Positions 18,363 through 28,338 of a stretch of DNA of 32,000 nt are shown piece by piece; position 1 is the first letter of the stretch, and each line of letters starts with the position of its first letter. The position numbers were made by a program, and so were the translations under genes. The notes under the pieces were generated by a model. It was not told where the DNA came from, ran no database searches, and worked only from the letters and a program-made list of their open reading frames with translations. Source of the DNA: Candidatus Heimdallarchaeum endolithica (GTDB taxonomy: Archaea > Asgardarchaeota > Heimdallarchaeia > Heimdallarchaeales > Heimdallarchaeaceae); contig CP084167.1 in assembly GCA_021513715.1 (NCBI GenBank), positions 2,085,555-2,117,554 of the forward strand. The letters run 5' to 3'.

Positions 18363-18557
18363 TTTCATTTTTCTTATTTCAAATTAACACTTTTTCAACC
18401 TTGTTTCTTTTCGTGAATCACACGTGCTTGCCAATAAAATTTTTCATTTTTCTTATTTCAAATTAACACTTTTTCAACCTTGTTTCTTTTCGTGAATCAC
18501 ACGTGCTTGCCAATAAAATTTTTCATTTTTCTTATTTCAAATTAATACTTTTTCAAC
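18363..18557. repeat. Tandem repeat, 79-bp unit, two full copies plus a partial third
   Basis: The unit TTTCATTTTTCTTATTTCAAATTAACACTTTTTCAACCTTGTTTCTTTTCGTGAATCACACGTGCTTGCC... recurs at 79-bp spacing. Confidence 0.92.
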
Positions 18558-18684
18558 TTTTAAATGTTGTATGAAATCGGTTTTTACCTAATATATTTCT
18601 TTAGTAATTTAAAAAAGATAATTAACGAATCAGCATATCTAGCGTTTTACTTTGTTTTTTTTTTAAATTAATTTTAACCTATCC

Positions 18685-19578
18685 TCAATTTATTTTATCC
18701 TTTTTTTTGTTTATTTCCTCAACTAATTTTTTTATTTCCTTATCCTGATCTTCCTTATTTAGTGCAAATCTAAACATTGCATCAGGTTTTTGTATTTTTA
18801 CTATATCACTTGTTATTGTTAATTTTTCTCTATTTATCATTCTATAATTATCTATTGCTGTAAAGTATTTTTCTGGTTCGTATGTTATTATTGTTCCTGG
18901 TCCTACTAATATTACTATATTTGCTTTTCTCACGCACCACGCTGGATGAGCTGAGTTGTTAAACCCCTCAATTAGTATTATTTTTTCTTTTTTTTCCCAA
19001 TAATTAAATGTTGATTCTGTTGCTTTAGCATAATAATCCATATTTAGAGCTATATACTCTTCTTCATTTGAGTATGTATTTATTTTCTCTGCTTTTTTTC
19101 TTAATTCTTCTATTATCTCTTCTTCATTAAAGAACTTTGTATTTTTATAGCTTTGATTATTTATTATGTAGTAATTTTTGCTTTTATTCTCTTCTTCTAT
19201 AATTGTAAATCTTTGTATTAGCGCCACACTTTCTGTAAATCTATTATAATAAGTTTGAGTCACTCCTTCCTTTATGAATTCGTAAGGTATTGCTGGTGTA
19301 TTTAATTTATGAACTGGGTTATTAATTGTTGGATTTTCTACTTTAGTCTCTGCTTGTTCTACTAGTTCTACTATATCTAGTGATAGTATCTCTTTGTATT
19401 TATCAAAATTTTTTCTTATTTCTTTGAAGTTATAATATAAATTATTCCCACTTAAAGGTTTGAAAGGTTGGACTTTTATTCCTTGTTCTTCTTTGAATTG
19501 TCTCATTATTTCCTTGCTTAGTGTCGTTTTACCCGAGTTGTATTCCAATAATCCAGCTACAAAGATAACAAAAACCAT
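18685..19578 (-). CDS. P-loop ATPase of SIMIBI/dethiobiotin-synthetase-like type, function unknown
   Basis: AGLLEYNSGKTTLSKEI Walker A at the N-terminus; KIILIEGFNNSAHPAW Walker B-like segment; 297 aa. Confidence 0.6.
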   Translation of the reverse strand: MVFVIFVAGLLEYNSGKTTLSKEIMRQFKEEQGIKVQPFKPLSGNNLYYNFKEIRKNFDKYKEILSLDIVELVEQAETKVENPTINNPVHKLNTPAIPYEFIKEGVTQTYYNRFTESVALIQRFTIIEEENKSKNYYIINNQSYKNTKFFNEEEIIEELRKKAEKINTYSNEEEYIALNMDYYAKATESTFNYWEKKEKIILIEGFNNSAHPAWCVRKANIVILVGPGTIITYEPEKYFTAIDNYRMINREKLTITSDIVKIQKPDAMFRFALNKEDQDKEIKKLVEEINKKKDKIN

Positions 19579-19626
19579 ATTTGCACAATTACTTTACTCA
19601 ATTTAAGTATTTTTTTCAGTATATTT

Positions 19627-22600
19627 ATTTCAATCCTATATTAGTCCAATTTTAACCTGCAAAGCTTTTGATATAACTTCAAAGTAGCTAGAATTTCAAT
19701 CCTAAATTAGTCCAATTTTAACACCAACTGGTTCAAAGTACTATTTCAGCAAAGCTATATTTCAATCCTATATTAGTCCAATTTTAACATTTTCTCCTTG
19801 AAGGGTAGGGGGCTAGTCTTCCATATTTCAATCCTATATTAGTCCAATTTTAACACCAACTGGTTCAAAGTACTATTTCAGCAAAGCTATATTTCAATCC
19901 TATATTAGTCCAATTTTAACCCAATTTTTACATTCATCTATAGCATGATTACAAAAATTTCAATCCTATATTAGTCCAATTTTAACGTTTATTCAGAAAC
20001 AGATAATAGAACAGTTGAGGTCGAATTTCAATCCTATATTAGTCCAATTTTAACGATTGTGAGTGTTTGTTCATAAAGCGTAGAATTAACATATTTCAAT
20101 CCTATATTAGTCCAATTTTAACTTCTGTTTCAGCATAGTCTTGATAATTGGGATAGGAATTTCAATCCTATATTAGTCCAATTTTAACTTTGATTGCTGA
20201 TTTTACTTTAGAAGTTAAGAATTTTAAGGATTTCAATCCTATATTAGTCCAATTTTAACTATTGAATGAAATCTTATCTGAATACTCTTCTAATAATTTC
20301 AATCCTATATTAGTCCAATTTTAACTTGTTGTTACTTCTTCAACAGTACATTCAATATTTGTATTTCAATCCTATATTAGTCCAATTTTAACGTTCTCTG
20401 CACCCCCGAGTATGAATTTCCCGACTGCATTTCAATCCTATATTAGTCCAATTTTAACTTGTTGTTACTTCTTCAACAGTACATTCAATATTTGTATTTC
20501 AATCCTATATTAGTCCAATTTTAACGTTCAAGTATGAAATTCAGACCGAAACCATTTGAAAAATTTCAATCCTATATTAGTCCAATTTTAACAGTCAAAC
20601 AATAAAGAAGCGTGAGAGTCATATTTTACATTTCAATCCTATATTAGTCCAATTTTAACGCATTGTTTATTAGGACAGTCAAGTACTTCAAAATAATTTC
20701 AATCCTATATTAGTCCAATTTTAACACTTAAAGTTAATGGAGAGTTTGAGGTAAAGGCTAAATTTCAATCCTATATTAGTCCAATTTCAACACTACCAGC
20801 GAAAGGATCAAGAACAATATCATCTTCTATTTCAATCCTATATTAGTCCAATTTTAACGAGATAAATCAGCATCTTCAGTCATATCATAAGTAATATATT
20901 TCAATCCTATATTAGTCCAATTTTAACTTCATCTAAAATTATCAGGAGTGTCTTCAACAACATATTTCAATCCTATATTAGTCCAATTTTAACCAATACT
21001 CAAATCTCAGAAATGAGTGATATGATCGTATTTCAATCCTATATTAGTCCAATTTTAACTCTGACTGGCCGAATTGGTATGACTTCTGATAGTGAATTTC
21101 AATCCTATATTAGTCCAATTTTAACCCAATTTTTACATTCATCTATAGCATGATTACAAAAATTTCAATCCTATATTAGTCCAATTTTAACCCAATTTTT
21201 ACATTCATCTATAGCATGATTACAAAAATTTCAATCCTATATTAGTCCAATTTTAACCTCTTGTTTCTGGTTTCTCTATTCTAACAGGTAAAATATTTCA
21301 ATCCTATATTAGTCCAATTTTAACCACTTCAAGAGTTTTACTATTACTTTGAATGATAAAATTTCAATCCTATATTAGTCCAATTTTAACTACACAAAAA
21401 AGAATAGTAATATATAAAAGAAGAAAATTTCAATCCTATATTAGTCCAATTTTAACGAATAAGCCTCCTACTTTATAATAACGCTTCTTCTTAAAAGTAT
21501 TTCAATCCTATATTAGTCCAATTTTAACTATTCTGTTTTAGCAATAGCTATTTTTTCAAAAGCTATTTCAATCCTATATTAGTCCAATTTTAACGAATAC
21601 TCAGAAGGCAATTAATCAACCTGACTAAACATTTCAATCCTATATTAGTCCAATTTTAACAGTTCCTACTTCATAGATCGTTTTTCTCTTGTCCAAATTT
21701 CAATCCTATATTAGTCCAATTTTAACTAATCATTACCTGATGTATAAGAAGATGAAAATCCAATTTCAATCCTATATTAGTCCAATTTTAACCTATCTCC
21801 TTCACATGATATTTCAACTGTCTTCTTAATTTCAATCCTATATTAGTCCAATTTTAACTAAGTAAGAAAGGATCTTATCACCGATAGTACGAAAATTTCA
21901 ATCCTATATTAGTCCAATTTTAACAAGAACTTTTCTAATTTTTTCTTTTTTAAAAATAATATTTCAATCCTATATTAGTCCAATTTTAACTTATTATATT
22001 CTCACCCTTATTAAATGCTAGAATATATTTCAATCCTATATTAGTCCAATTTTAACATTTGAGCCTATAAAAGCAAGTAATGGGCCAATCACATTTCAAT
22101 CCTATATTAGTCCAATTTTAACTAAATGAACCAGATAAAAGTAATGTCACAAATTATGATTTCAATCCTATATTAGTCCAATTTTAACAATAGAGTCTTC
22201 TTATTCAACAAATACAGATGAGAAATTTCAATCCTATATTAGTCCAATTTTAACTTCCATAATAAGATCAATAACATCATTATGAAGAAAATTTCAATCC
22301 TATATTAGTCCAATTTTAACACATTGCTATTGTCCCGACAATAACATCATCATATTTATTTCAATCCTATATTAGTCCAATTTTAACTAGCAACTTGTTT
22401 AGCTTTTTGAGAAATTACTGCAATTTCAATCCTATATTAGTCCAATTTTAACCCGCCCCAGCAACTAGTGCCAGTAAAATAACAGTTGATTTCAATCCTA
22501 TATTAGTCCAATTTTAACAGGGTTTTGTTTAAACAGTTGTTCATCGGCTCCATGATTTCAATCCTATATTAGTCCAATTTTAACAATACTGAAAACTTTA

Positions 22601-22716
22601 TTCTCCATGCACTTAAACAGATTTCAATCCTATATTAGTCCAATTTTAACCGTCATACTGAAAAGTGATCTTCTTGTTGCTAACAGATTTCAATCCTATA
22701 TTAGTCCAATTTTAAC
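19627..22716 (-). CRISPR. Main CRISPR array: 47 repeats, 46 spacers (mostly 36 nt, range 35-42). Repeat as plus strand ATTTCAATCCTATATTAGTCCAATTTTAAC; inferred crRNA strand is minus, giving an ATTGAAAT 5' tag
   Basis: 30-nt repeats counted directly. Variants occur at 19693-19722 (CCTAAATTAG) and 20762-20791 (ATTTCAAC). The left end carries a variant repeat; the right end adjoins cas2. Confidence 0.99.
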
Positions 22717-22828
22717 ACTTGTTATATTCTTCTACCACTTCATTTTTCTCTTATCTTCTAAAGATGTTTGTCTGGGATCATATATAGTGTTATTCCTTTA
22801 TAAATATCCCAGATTTTTTTATAATAAG
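22717..22828 (-). promoter_or_regulatory. Putative leader/pre-crRNA promoter between cas2 and the array, with TATA-like TTTATAAA (22797-22804)
   Basis: AT-rich 112-bp gap between cas2 stop and the first repeat; TATA-like octamer; inverted repeat TCTGGGAT (22771-22778)/ATCCCAGA (22806-22813). Confidence 0.6.
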
Positions 22829-23092
22829 TTATATGAATTGCCCTGTTTCTACTTTTTCAATCCCTAAGTTAGACAACTTAACTAGTTCTTTACTTCGTAT
22901 AGTATAAATTCTCACACAATCATGTTCTTCATTCATTAGACGTTTTAGGCCATTTTCTATTTCTACTAGTTGTGTTTTCGTTATTTCTCCTTCAAAAACT
23001 GAATTTTGAACTCTTTCTAAGAAGCATCTCAGAAAGTTACATACTTTTGACACTCTTTCTACTCCCACGTCATAAACTATTATGGCATACAT
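22829..23092 (-). CDS. cas2: CRISPR-associated endonuclease Cas2
   Basis: MYAIIVYDVGVERVSKVCNFLRCFLERVQNSVFEGEIT is a classic Cas2 N-terminus; 87 aa. Confidence 0.96.
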   Translation of the reverse strand: MYAIIVYDVGVERVSKVCNFLRCFLERVQNSVFEGEITKTQLVEIENGLKRLMNEEHDCVRIYTIRSKELVKLSNLGIEKVETGQFI

Positions 23093-23093
23093 T

Positions 23094-24173
23094 TTACCAC
23101 CAAATTACGAAGGGTTCATATTTTTTCATCCCCAATAAATGTTTGCACAATTTTATGCATTCCAAATAAATCAATCTCTCATAAGAAACATTTCTTTTAA
23201 GGGAGCGATGTTTTATTGTAGAATTTAATTTTTTCTCATATTCCATCACAAAAATTTTTTTACCTTTTTCATTCAACAAGCAGCTATTTAACTCTTTTAC
23301 AAAATGCTTTTCTGTTATTATCTGTTTGTTAGTTAATTTAAATATGACCCGATCTACTATTAATGGTTTAAATATTTCTGAGAGGTCTAAAGATAGTGAA
23401 TATCTTCTTTCTGATGGTTCATGTAAAAAAGCGATTGTTTGATTCAATTGTGTGTGGTAAATATTTTTTATTATTGTTGAATAAAGAAGGGCGTTTCCAA
23501 AACTTATCATAGCATTAATAGGATTCAGGGGAGGTTGTTTTGTTCTTTTCTCAAATTTAAAAGTATTTTTTATAATAACATCAAAGCAGGCATAATATTT
23601 ATTCCGTATACCACCTTCAAGAGCTCTTAATTTGTTAATATCAATTATATTTGTGATTTTTTTTATCTCATTTTCAATATATTCTATCTTACTTTCAAAG
23701 TCTCTTCCCTCGCTTTGGTAATATTTTAGATTTCTCAACATATTTAGAGATGCTCCTTCAATAAATTTTCTTGCTAGAAGAATTCTCTTTCTGTAATCTA
23801 AGTAGTGTGCAGCTTGGTTTATATGCATTTTTCCAGACAGTAAACTTTCTTTTGGAATAATGGAACCCTCATAATTACCATAATATCCAAAGAAATGGAC
23901 GGGGATTGATTTTTTGCATAGCAAGGAGATAACTCCTGAAGTAAGAGATACTCTACCATATAAAAACAGATTTCCTATTTGCTCAATTGGTAAGATCCTT
24001 TTTTCATATTCAAGTTTATTGGCAATATTTTCTGTTTCAACGTCAAATTCCTCTTCATCAATCTCGGCCTTAAATACTTTATTATTTTCTTCTTGTTTTT
24101 GATAAATGAAATAAATGGTATTATATTTTCTAATTAATTTACCATTTTTTAAAATATAGAAATTTTTATTCAC
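23094..24173 (-). CDS. cas1: CRISPR-associated endonuclease Cas1
   Basis: ALEGGIRNKYYACF, PPLNPINAMISFGNALLYS and HEPSERRYSLSLDLSEIFKPLIVDRVIF motifs. Confidence 0.97.
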   Translation of the reverse strand: MNKNFYILKNGKLIRKYNTIYFIYQKQEENNKVFKAEIDEEEFDVETENIANKLEYEKRILPIEQIGNLFLYGRVSLTSGVISLLCKKSIPVHFFGYYGNYEGSIIPKESLLSGKMHINQAAHYLDYRKRILLARKFIEGASLNMLRNLKYYQSEGRDFESKIEYIENEIKKITNIIDINKLRALEGGIRNKYYACFDVIIKNTFKFEKRTKQPPLNPINAMISFGNALLYSTIIKNIYHTQLNQTIAFLHEPSERRYSLSLDLSEIFKPLIVDRVIFKLTNKQIITEKHFVKELNSCLLNEKGKKIFVMEYEKKLNSTIKHRSLKRNVSYERLIYLECIKLCKHLLGMKKYEPFVIWW

Positions 24174-24176
24174 TTT

Positions 24177-24689
24177 TCACACCCAACAAAACTCAAAATA
24201 TGCACATTTTCTACAATAACTTTTTTTTTCAGGTTTTGGAGGACTAGGCATTGCAAGTATTTCTTTTATTTCAGCTAATATGTTTTCTAACTTTTTTTCT
24301 ATTTCAGCATTTAAAGTTAAATTGATTCTTTTTTTAACAAGAGGATAGTCAATAATTCCTTCTACGAGTTCAATTTTTTTGGTCCGTTTAAGATAATATA
24401 TATAATAATAAAGTTGATATTTATGCGCGTCCTCAAGACTTTGTGATTTTTTAATTTCATGCAAAATCAATTTTTCTCCTTTTTTCAAAAAATCAATAGC
24501 TATTTTGTTATCAACGATAATGTTTTTTTTCATTCTAGGATAAGTTACTTCATGAATAAAACTACCTAGTCTTACTTCTTCAGAGGATTGTTCCATTCCC
24601 ATGTTATAGGAAAATAACCACAGCTTTGTTTTGCATACTATGGAGTAATTGATTTGTAACCCCCTAAAAAAGTCGAACTCGTTCAGCAT
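24177..24689 (-). CDS. cas4: CRISPR-associated exonuclease Cas4
   Basis: RLGSFIHE, LILHEIKKS and C-terminal YCRKCAYFEFCW cysteines; located next to cas1. Confidence 0.92.
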   Translation of the reverse strand: MLNEFDFFRGLQINYSIVCKTKLWLFSYNMGMEQSSEEVRLGSFIHEVTYPRMKKNIIVDNKIAIDFLKKGEKLILHEIKKSQSLEDAHKYQLYYYIYYLKRTKKIELVEGIIDYPLVKKRINLTLNAEIEKKLENILAEIKEILAMPSPPKPEKKSYCRKCAYFEFCWV

Positions 24690-24752
24690 AATAATTTCAT
24701 TTTACTAAAATATTAAAGCATTTTTAAAAATTTTAAAATTGGCTTTTGTTTT

Positions 24753-27446
24753 TTAAATTATGTTTTCTTCTTCAATTTCAAGCTTATCCATATTCAAATT
24801 TTCTAGCTTGTTAATTCCTAGTTCTTTTATTTTTTTTAATGAACTATGGGGTAGTTGCTTAAGAACATAGAAGCCTTTAAACATTTCTCGTTCCAAAAAA
24901 ACGTATGTTTTAAAATTTTTACCAAAAGCGTAAATAGGGACATGAAAGGAATAGGAATATAATTTTTTTAAGATAGTCCACTTGCTCGTTTCTATCTGTG
25001 TTTTCTTTTTAATTATTTTTGCAATGCTATTGGTACTTTCATTTTTGCTTTCAAATGGGAGAACCCAATTATCTTTGTTTGTTCTATCAGCAATTAGTGC
25101 ACCTAATGCTTTTTCGATTTCATCATCACCAAATTCTTTCATTACGTCAGGTATCAGTACTTGAATTCCTGCCATGCGCCTAAAAACGGTTTGCGCTTGA
25201 CTTTTCTTCTCCGCGGAGAAATATTTTAACCATTCAAGTGTCTCCTCTATTTTTTCTTCATAATATTCTCTAAGCGTTCTACCATTAATCTTCGCTTTAA
25301 AGACTTGCTCTATTATTTCTCTTTCATTTTCATAATTTAGTATCCCCTTTTTCTCATATTTTTCTAATACTTCAATCGTTTTATTTAGCATTATCTCTGG
25401 TTGGTAAATAGCTTTGGTTCCTTTGTCTATTCCAGTATAGATGTACACATTCGGAGTTGATTCTTTGTAGTCACTTTCTCTGTTCCTATAAATACGCCCC
25501 CATCTTTGAATTTGTGAGTCTACAGGAGATATTTCAGTAATTAATATATCAAAGTCCACATCAACAGATGCTTCTACCATTTGTGTAGAAATAAGTATTA
25601 AATGCTTCCGATTTTTTAAATTATTCTTTATTTTTGATATTCTCTTACTCTTTTCTTTTTCAATTATTCTAGAATGCAAAAGTTCTGCATATATTTTATG
25701 ATTTTTAAACGTTTCATATAAACTAATAGCTTTTCCTACATTATTAACAATAATAAGGACATTTTTATCAGGATTAGTTGTCAGTATCTTATTTAACTTT
25801 CGGAAAGAATCTTTTGAAACAAAGTAGGATGGGTTATTGTCTTTAGAATCGTAATTAAAGAGCAAATCATCGATTAATTGAATCTTATGTCTTCTGAGGG
25901 AAAAGTTCTTTATTGATTTTTTATCAGAGATATCTTCTTTAAGATCAATGAGTGTAAAATCTAGATTTATTTCTTGTGTATTTCCTTTGTTTTTAAACAA
26001 AAACTTTCGAAAGTATGGAGGAAATGTTGCTGTGATAATAAGTATTTTACCACTTAATTTATTTATTATCTCTAATGTTTTTATAATTATTGCAGCCATC
26101 TCTGGATTATAAGCTTGAATTTCGTCAATAATTACTGTACTGGTTGGATAAAGAGAAAGAACTTTATCGAAACCATAATATTTCAACGATGTTAGAAAGA
26201 TCTGATCAGGTGTTGTTAACAAAACAGGGGTAGAAAAAAGTTTAGCAGAAAGCATTTTGCAATTTATATCTATCTTCTTTCCTTCTTTTTCTTCATCCAA
26301 ATATTCCATAAATGATGTAGAATGGAGGATACCCAAGTATTTTTCATCAAAATAGTTAATTTCTGCTTTTTTTCCATTTTTTGCTATTTTAAACTCTTGA
26401 AATCGAGTAAATAAATCATTTAATGCAACACGTAAAGGGAGTGTATAAATTACCTTTCGTCCTGACTTTTTGGCCCATAATAAAGCAAATTCTGTTTTAC
26501 CAGACCCTGTAGGAGCAACTAAGACTATGTTTTTTTTAGAATGGTCTATTTTTGCAATGATCTCTTTTTGCCATATTTTTTCTTTGTTTGTTATTAATTT
26601 AATGGCTTTTGATATTTCCACCTCTAACTGCTGGAAAACGGTTTCTATACTTGATATCTCTTCCACGTTTATCTGACCACTGGCCCCATAATCACATCGT
26701 CTTAAACACCCTAGAAAAACAAAAAAGGAGTAATCGGGCTTTTCATTGTCAATTTCATATAATTTTAATTCTGTTGTTAAACCATACCCTTTCTTGATTT
26801 TTTGCAACAATTTCGTCAATCTTATAAATCCTGGTTCTATCTCGTTTAGTAAAGCATTACTTATGTGTTCACCTAACAATTCTTTTTGTTTTTCTATAAG
26901 TGCAATTAACAGCGATTTGATTTGATTGTTGTTTTTAATAATAAATTCTATGAATTTCTCTATTTCTGGATAATTATCAATTATATAACGTATATTCTTT
27001 TCTTGTTTAACATAAAAATCATTGTAGTGATGAAGTAAAATGGCTGTTCGAATTTTTTGATTTCTTTCATCATTATTTAAAAAAATAAGAGAAAAAATCA
27101 CAGAAAGAATTTCATGATCCTTTACTTTTTGATCAGTTAGTTCTTTAAAGAATTTCTTGACACTTAGCCATTCTTTTTCTTTTTTTTCTGCGTATTTAAA
27201 GACCAATCCTTGAAAATAGGGATTGATTTTGCCAAGATCATGAATAAAAGCAGCTTTTACTAAATCTTCGAGGAAAAAATCACTTTTTATTTCTTTGAAA
27301 TCTATTACATTTTCATTTGCTTTGATAAACTCATGTAATTTTTTTACTTGATATATAATATCTTGTGTGTGTTCCCATAAAAGATATCTTTTTTGATCTT
27401 TTGATTTTGCTCTTAAAACTTCTATTAATTCCAATTTTATAACCAC
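24753..27446 (-). CDS. cas3: CRISPR-associated helicase/HD nuclease Cas3
   Basis: HDLGKINPYFQG HD motif; VLVAPTGSGKTEFALLWA Walker A; VIIDEIQAYNP DEAD-like box; LILISTQMVEASVDVDFDILITE and QRWGRIYRNR helicase motifs. Confidence 0.95.
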   Translation of the reverse strand: MVIKLELIEVLRAKSKDQKRYLLWEHTQDIIYQVKKLHEFIKANENVIDFKEIKSDFFLEDLVKAAFIHDLGKINPYFQGLVFKYAEKKEKEWLSVKKFFKELTDQKVKDHEILSVIFSLIFLNNDERNQKIRTAILLHHYNDFYVKQEKNIRYIIDNYPEIEKFIEFIIKNNNQIKSLLIALIEKQKELLGEHISNALLNEIEPGFIRLTKLLQKIKKGYGLTTELKLYEIDNEKPDYSFFVFLGCLRRCDYGASGQINVEEISSIETVFQQLEVEISKAIKLITNKEKIWQKEIIAKIDHSKKNIVLVAPTGSGKTEFALLWAKKSGRKVIYTLPLRVALNDLFTRFQEFKIAKNGKKAEINYFDEKYLGILHSTSFMEYLDEEKEGKKIDINCKMLSAKLFSTPVLLTTPDQIFLTSLKYYGFDKVLSLYPTSTVIIDEIQAYNPEMAAIIIKTLEIINKLSGKILIITATFPPYFRKFLFKNKGNTQEINLDFTLIDLKEDISDKKSIKNFSLRRHKIQLIDDLLFNYDSKDNNPSYFVSKDSFRKLNKILTTNPDKNVLIIVNNVGKAISLYETFKNHKIYAELLHSRIIEKEKSKRISKIKNNLKNRKHLILISTQMVEASVDVDFDILITEISPVDSQIQRWGRIYRNRESDYKESTPNVYIYTGIDKGTKAIYQPEIMLNKTIEVLEKYEKKGILNYENEREIIEQVFKAKINGRTLREYYEEKIEETLEWLKYFSAEKKSQAQTVFRRMAGIQVLIPDVMKEFGDDEIEKALGALIADRTNKDNWVLPFESKNESTNSIAKIIKKKTQIETSKWTILKKLYSYSFHVPIYAFGKNFKTYVFLEREMFKGFYVLKQLPHSSLKKIKELGINKLENLNMDKLEIEEENII

Positions 27447-28300
27447 CCAAAGTCATTTACTATTGGAAAAGTTTCTAATTTTTTATCCAAATTAATGTCA
27501 CAAAATTCTACCTCTATAGGACTTTGTAAAATAAGACTATGATCAGGACTGATGTATATAACTTCTTTAAACTCTGCACGCCTGTAAGTTTCCTTAGTTA
27601 TTTGCTTTTTAGATTCAACTGGTTGTCCATTATTTTCAAAAATTACCTTAGTTGGTACAAAAAATACAGGAAATTTCAGATTTTTGATAGGAAAATTTGT
27701 TCTAGTTATAAAAGTAGGATAATGTAATTTAATATCACCTTCAATTATCTCTTTTTCAACAGATTCAACAAAATTAACAGATCTGATGTAAGCAATATCT
27801 TCTCCCCGGCCTAGACTTAATACCTTTTTTGTTTTTTCCAGTGATTCAGCAATTTCCTTTATCAGCATAAGTTGCTCTCTTTTTCCTTTTTTTCCTGCTT
27901 TTATAAAAATAAATAGATGACCATTAAATAGTTCTTGTACATAGATTGGTGTTCTTTGAGCTGTTTGACCATATCCATAAAGAGGTATAGGTTTGTTCTT
28001 ACTTGCTTGCTTGTTTACTAGCATATTCCGTTCCTTATCAATATACACTTCACCTCTGATGCTATGCTGATAATTCCAAAAAGAGCTCTCAAAACCGCCA
28101 AAAATTGCAATTTTTAACTCCCACCAAGTTTCAATTCCTTGAATATGCCCGTACCAATCATTACAAGCATTTTGTAACATACCAATAATCGCTGACTTAG
28201 GGGGTAAGGGAAAGCTTTGCGCATAATAAAAAGTAAAGGGATTTCTATAGAGCGCAAAGGGTTGAAATATTTCAATGAATAATATTGCTTCTTCTGTCAT
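27437..28300 (-). CDS. cas5: Cas5 (Type I-B, Cas5t-like)
   Basis: FALYRNPFTFYYAQSFPLPPKSAIIGMLQNACN and the operon position; overlaps the cas3 start by 10 bp. Confidence 0.88.
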   Translation of the reverse strand: MTEEAILFIEIFQPFALYRNPFTFYYAQSFPLPPKSAIIGMLQNACNDWYGHIQGIETWWELKIAIFGGFESSFWNYQHSIRGEVYIDKERNMLVNKQASKNKPIPLYGYGQTAQRTPIYVQELFNGHLFIFIKAGKKGKREQLMLIKEIAESLEKTKKVLSLGRGEDIAYIRSVNFVESVEKEIIEGDIKLHYPTFITRTNFPIKNLKFPVFFVPTKVIFENNGQPVESKKQITKETYRRAEFKEVIYISPDHSLILQSPIEVEFCDINLDKKLETFPIVNDFGWL

Positions 28301-28338
28301 ATAATCCCTTTTTTTATTTTTAAAGCAAAATGAGGATG

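Noticed and set aside
19627-22716. Self-targeting spacers
   Set aside because: A partial by-eye check of a few spacers gave no convincing match elsewhere in this window. A full BLASTN of all 46 spacers against the genome is needed, so no claim is made.
22771-22821. Inverted repeat followed by T8 read as a rho-independent terminator
   Set aside because: The loop would be 27 nt and archaeal termination does not need such hairpins. Reported instead as a leader dyad element with moderate confidence.
22607-22867. 86-aa plus-strand ORF MHLNRFQSYISPILT
   Set aside because: Its repeated FQSYISPILT is the translated CRISPR repeat, so it is not a gene.
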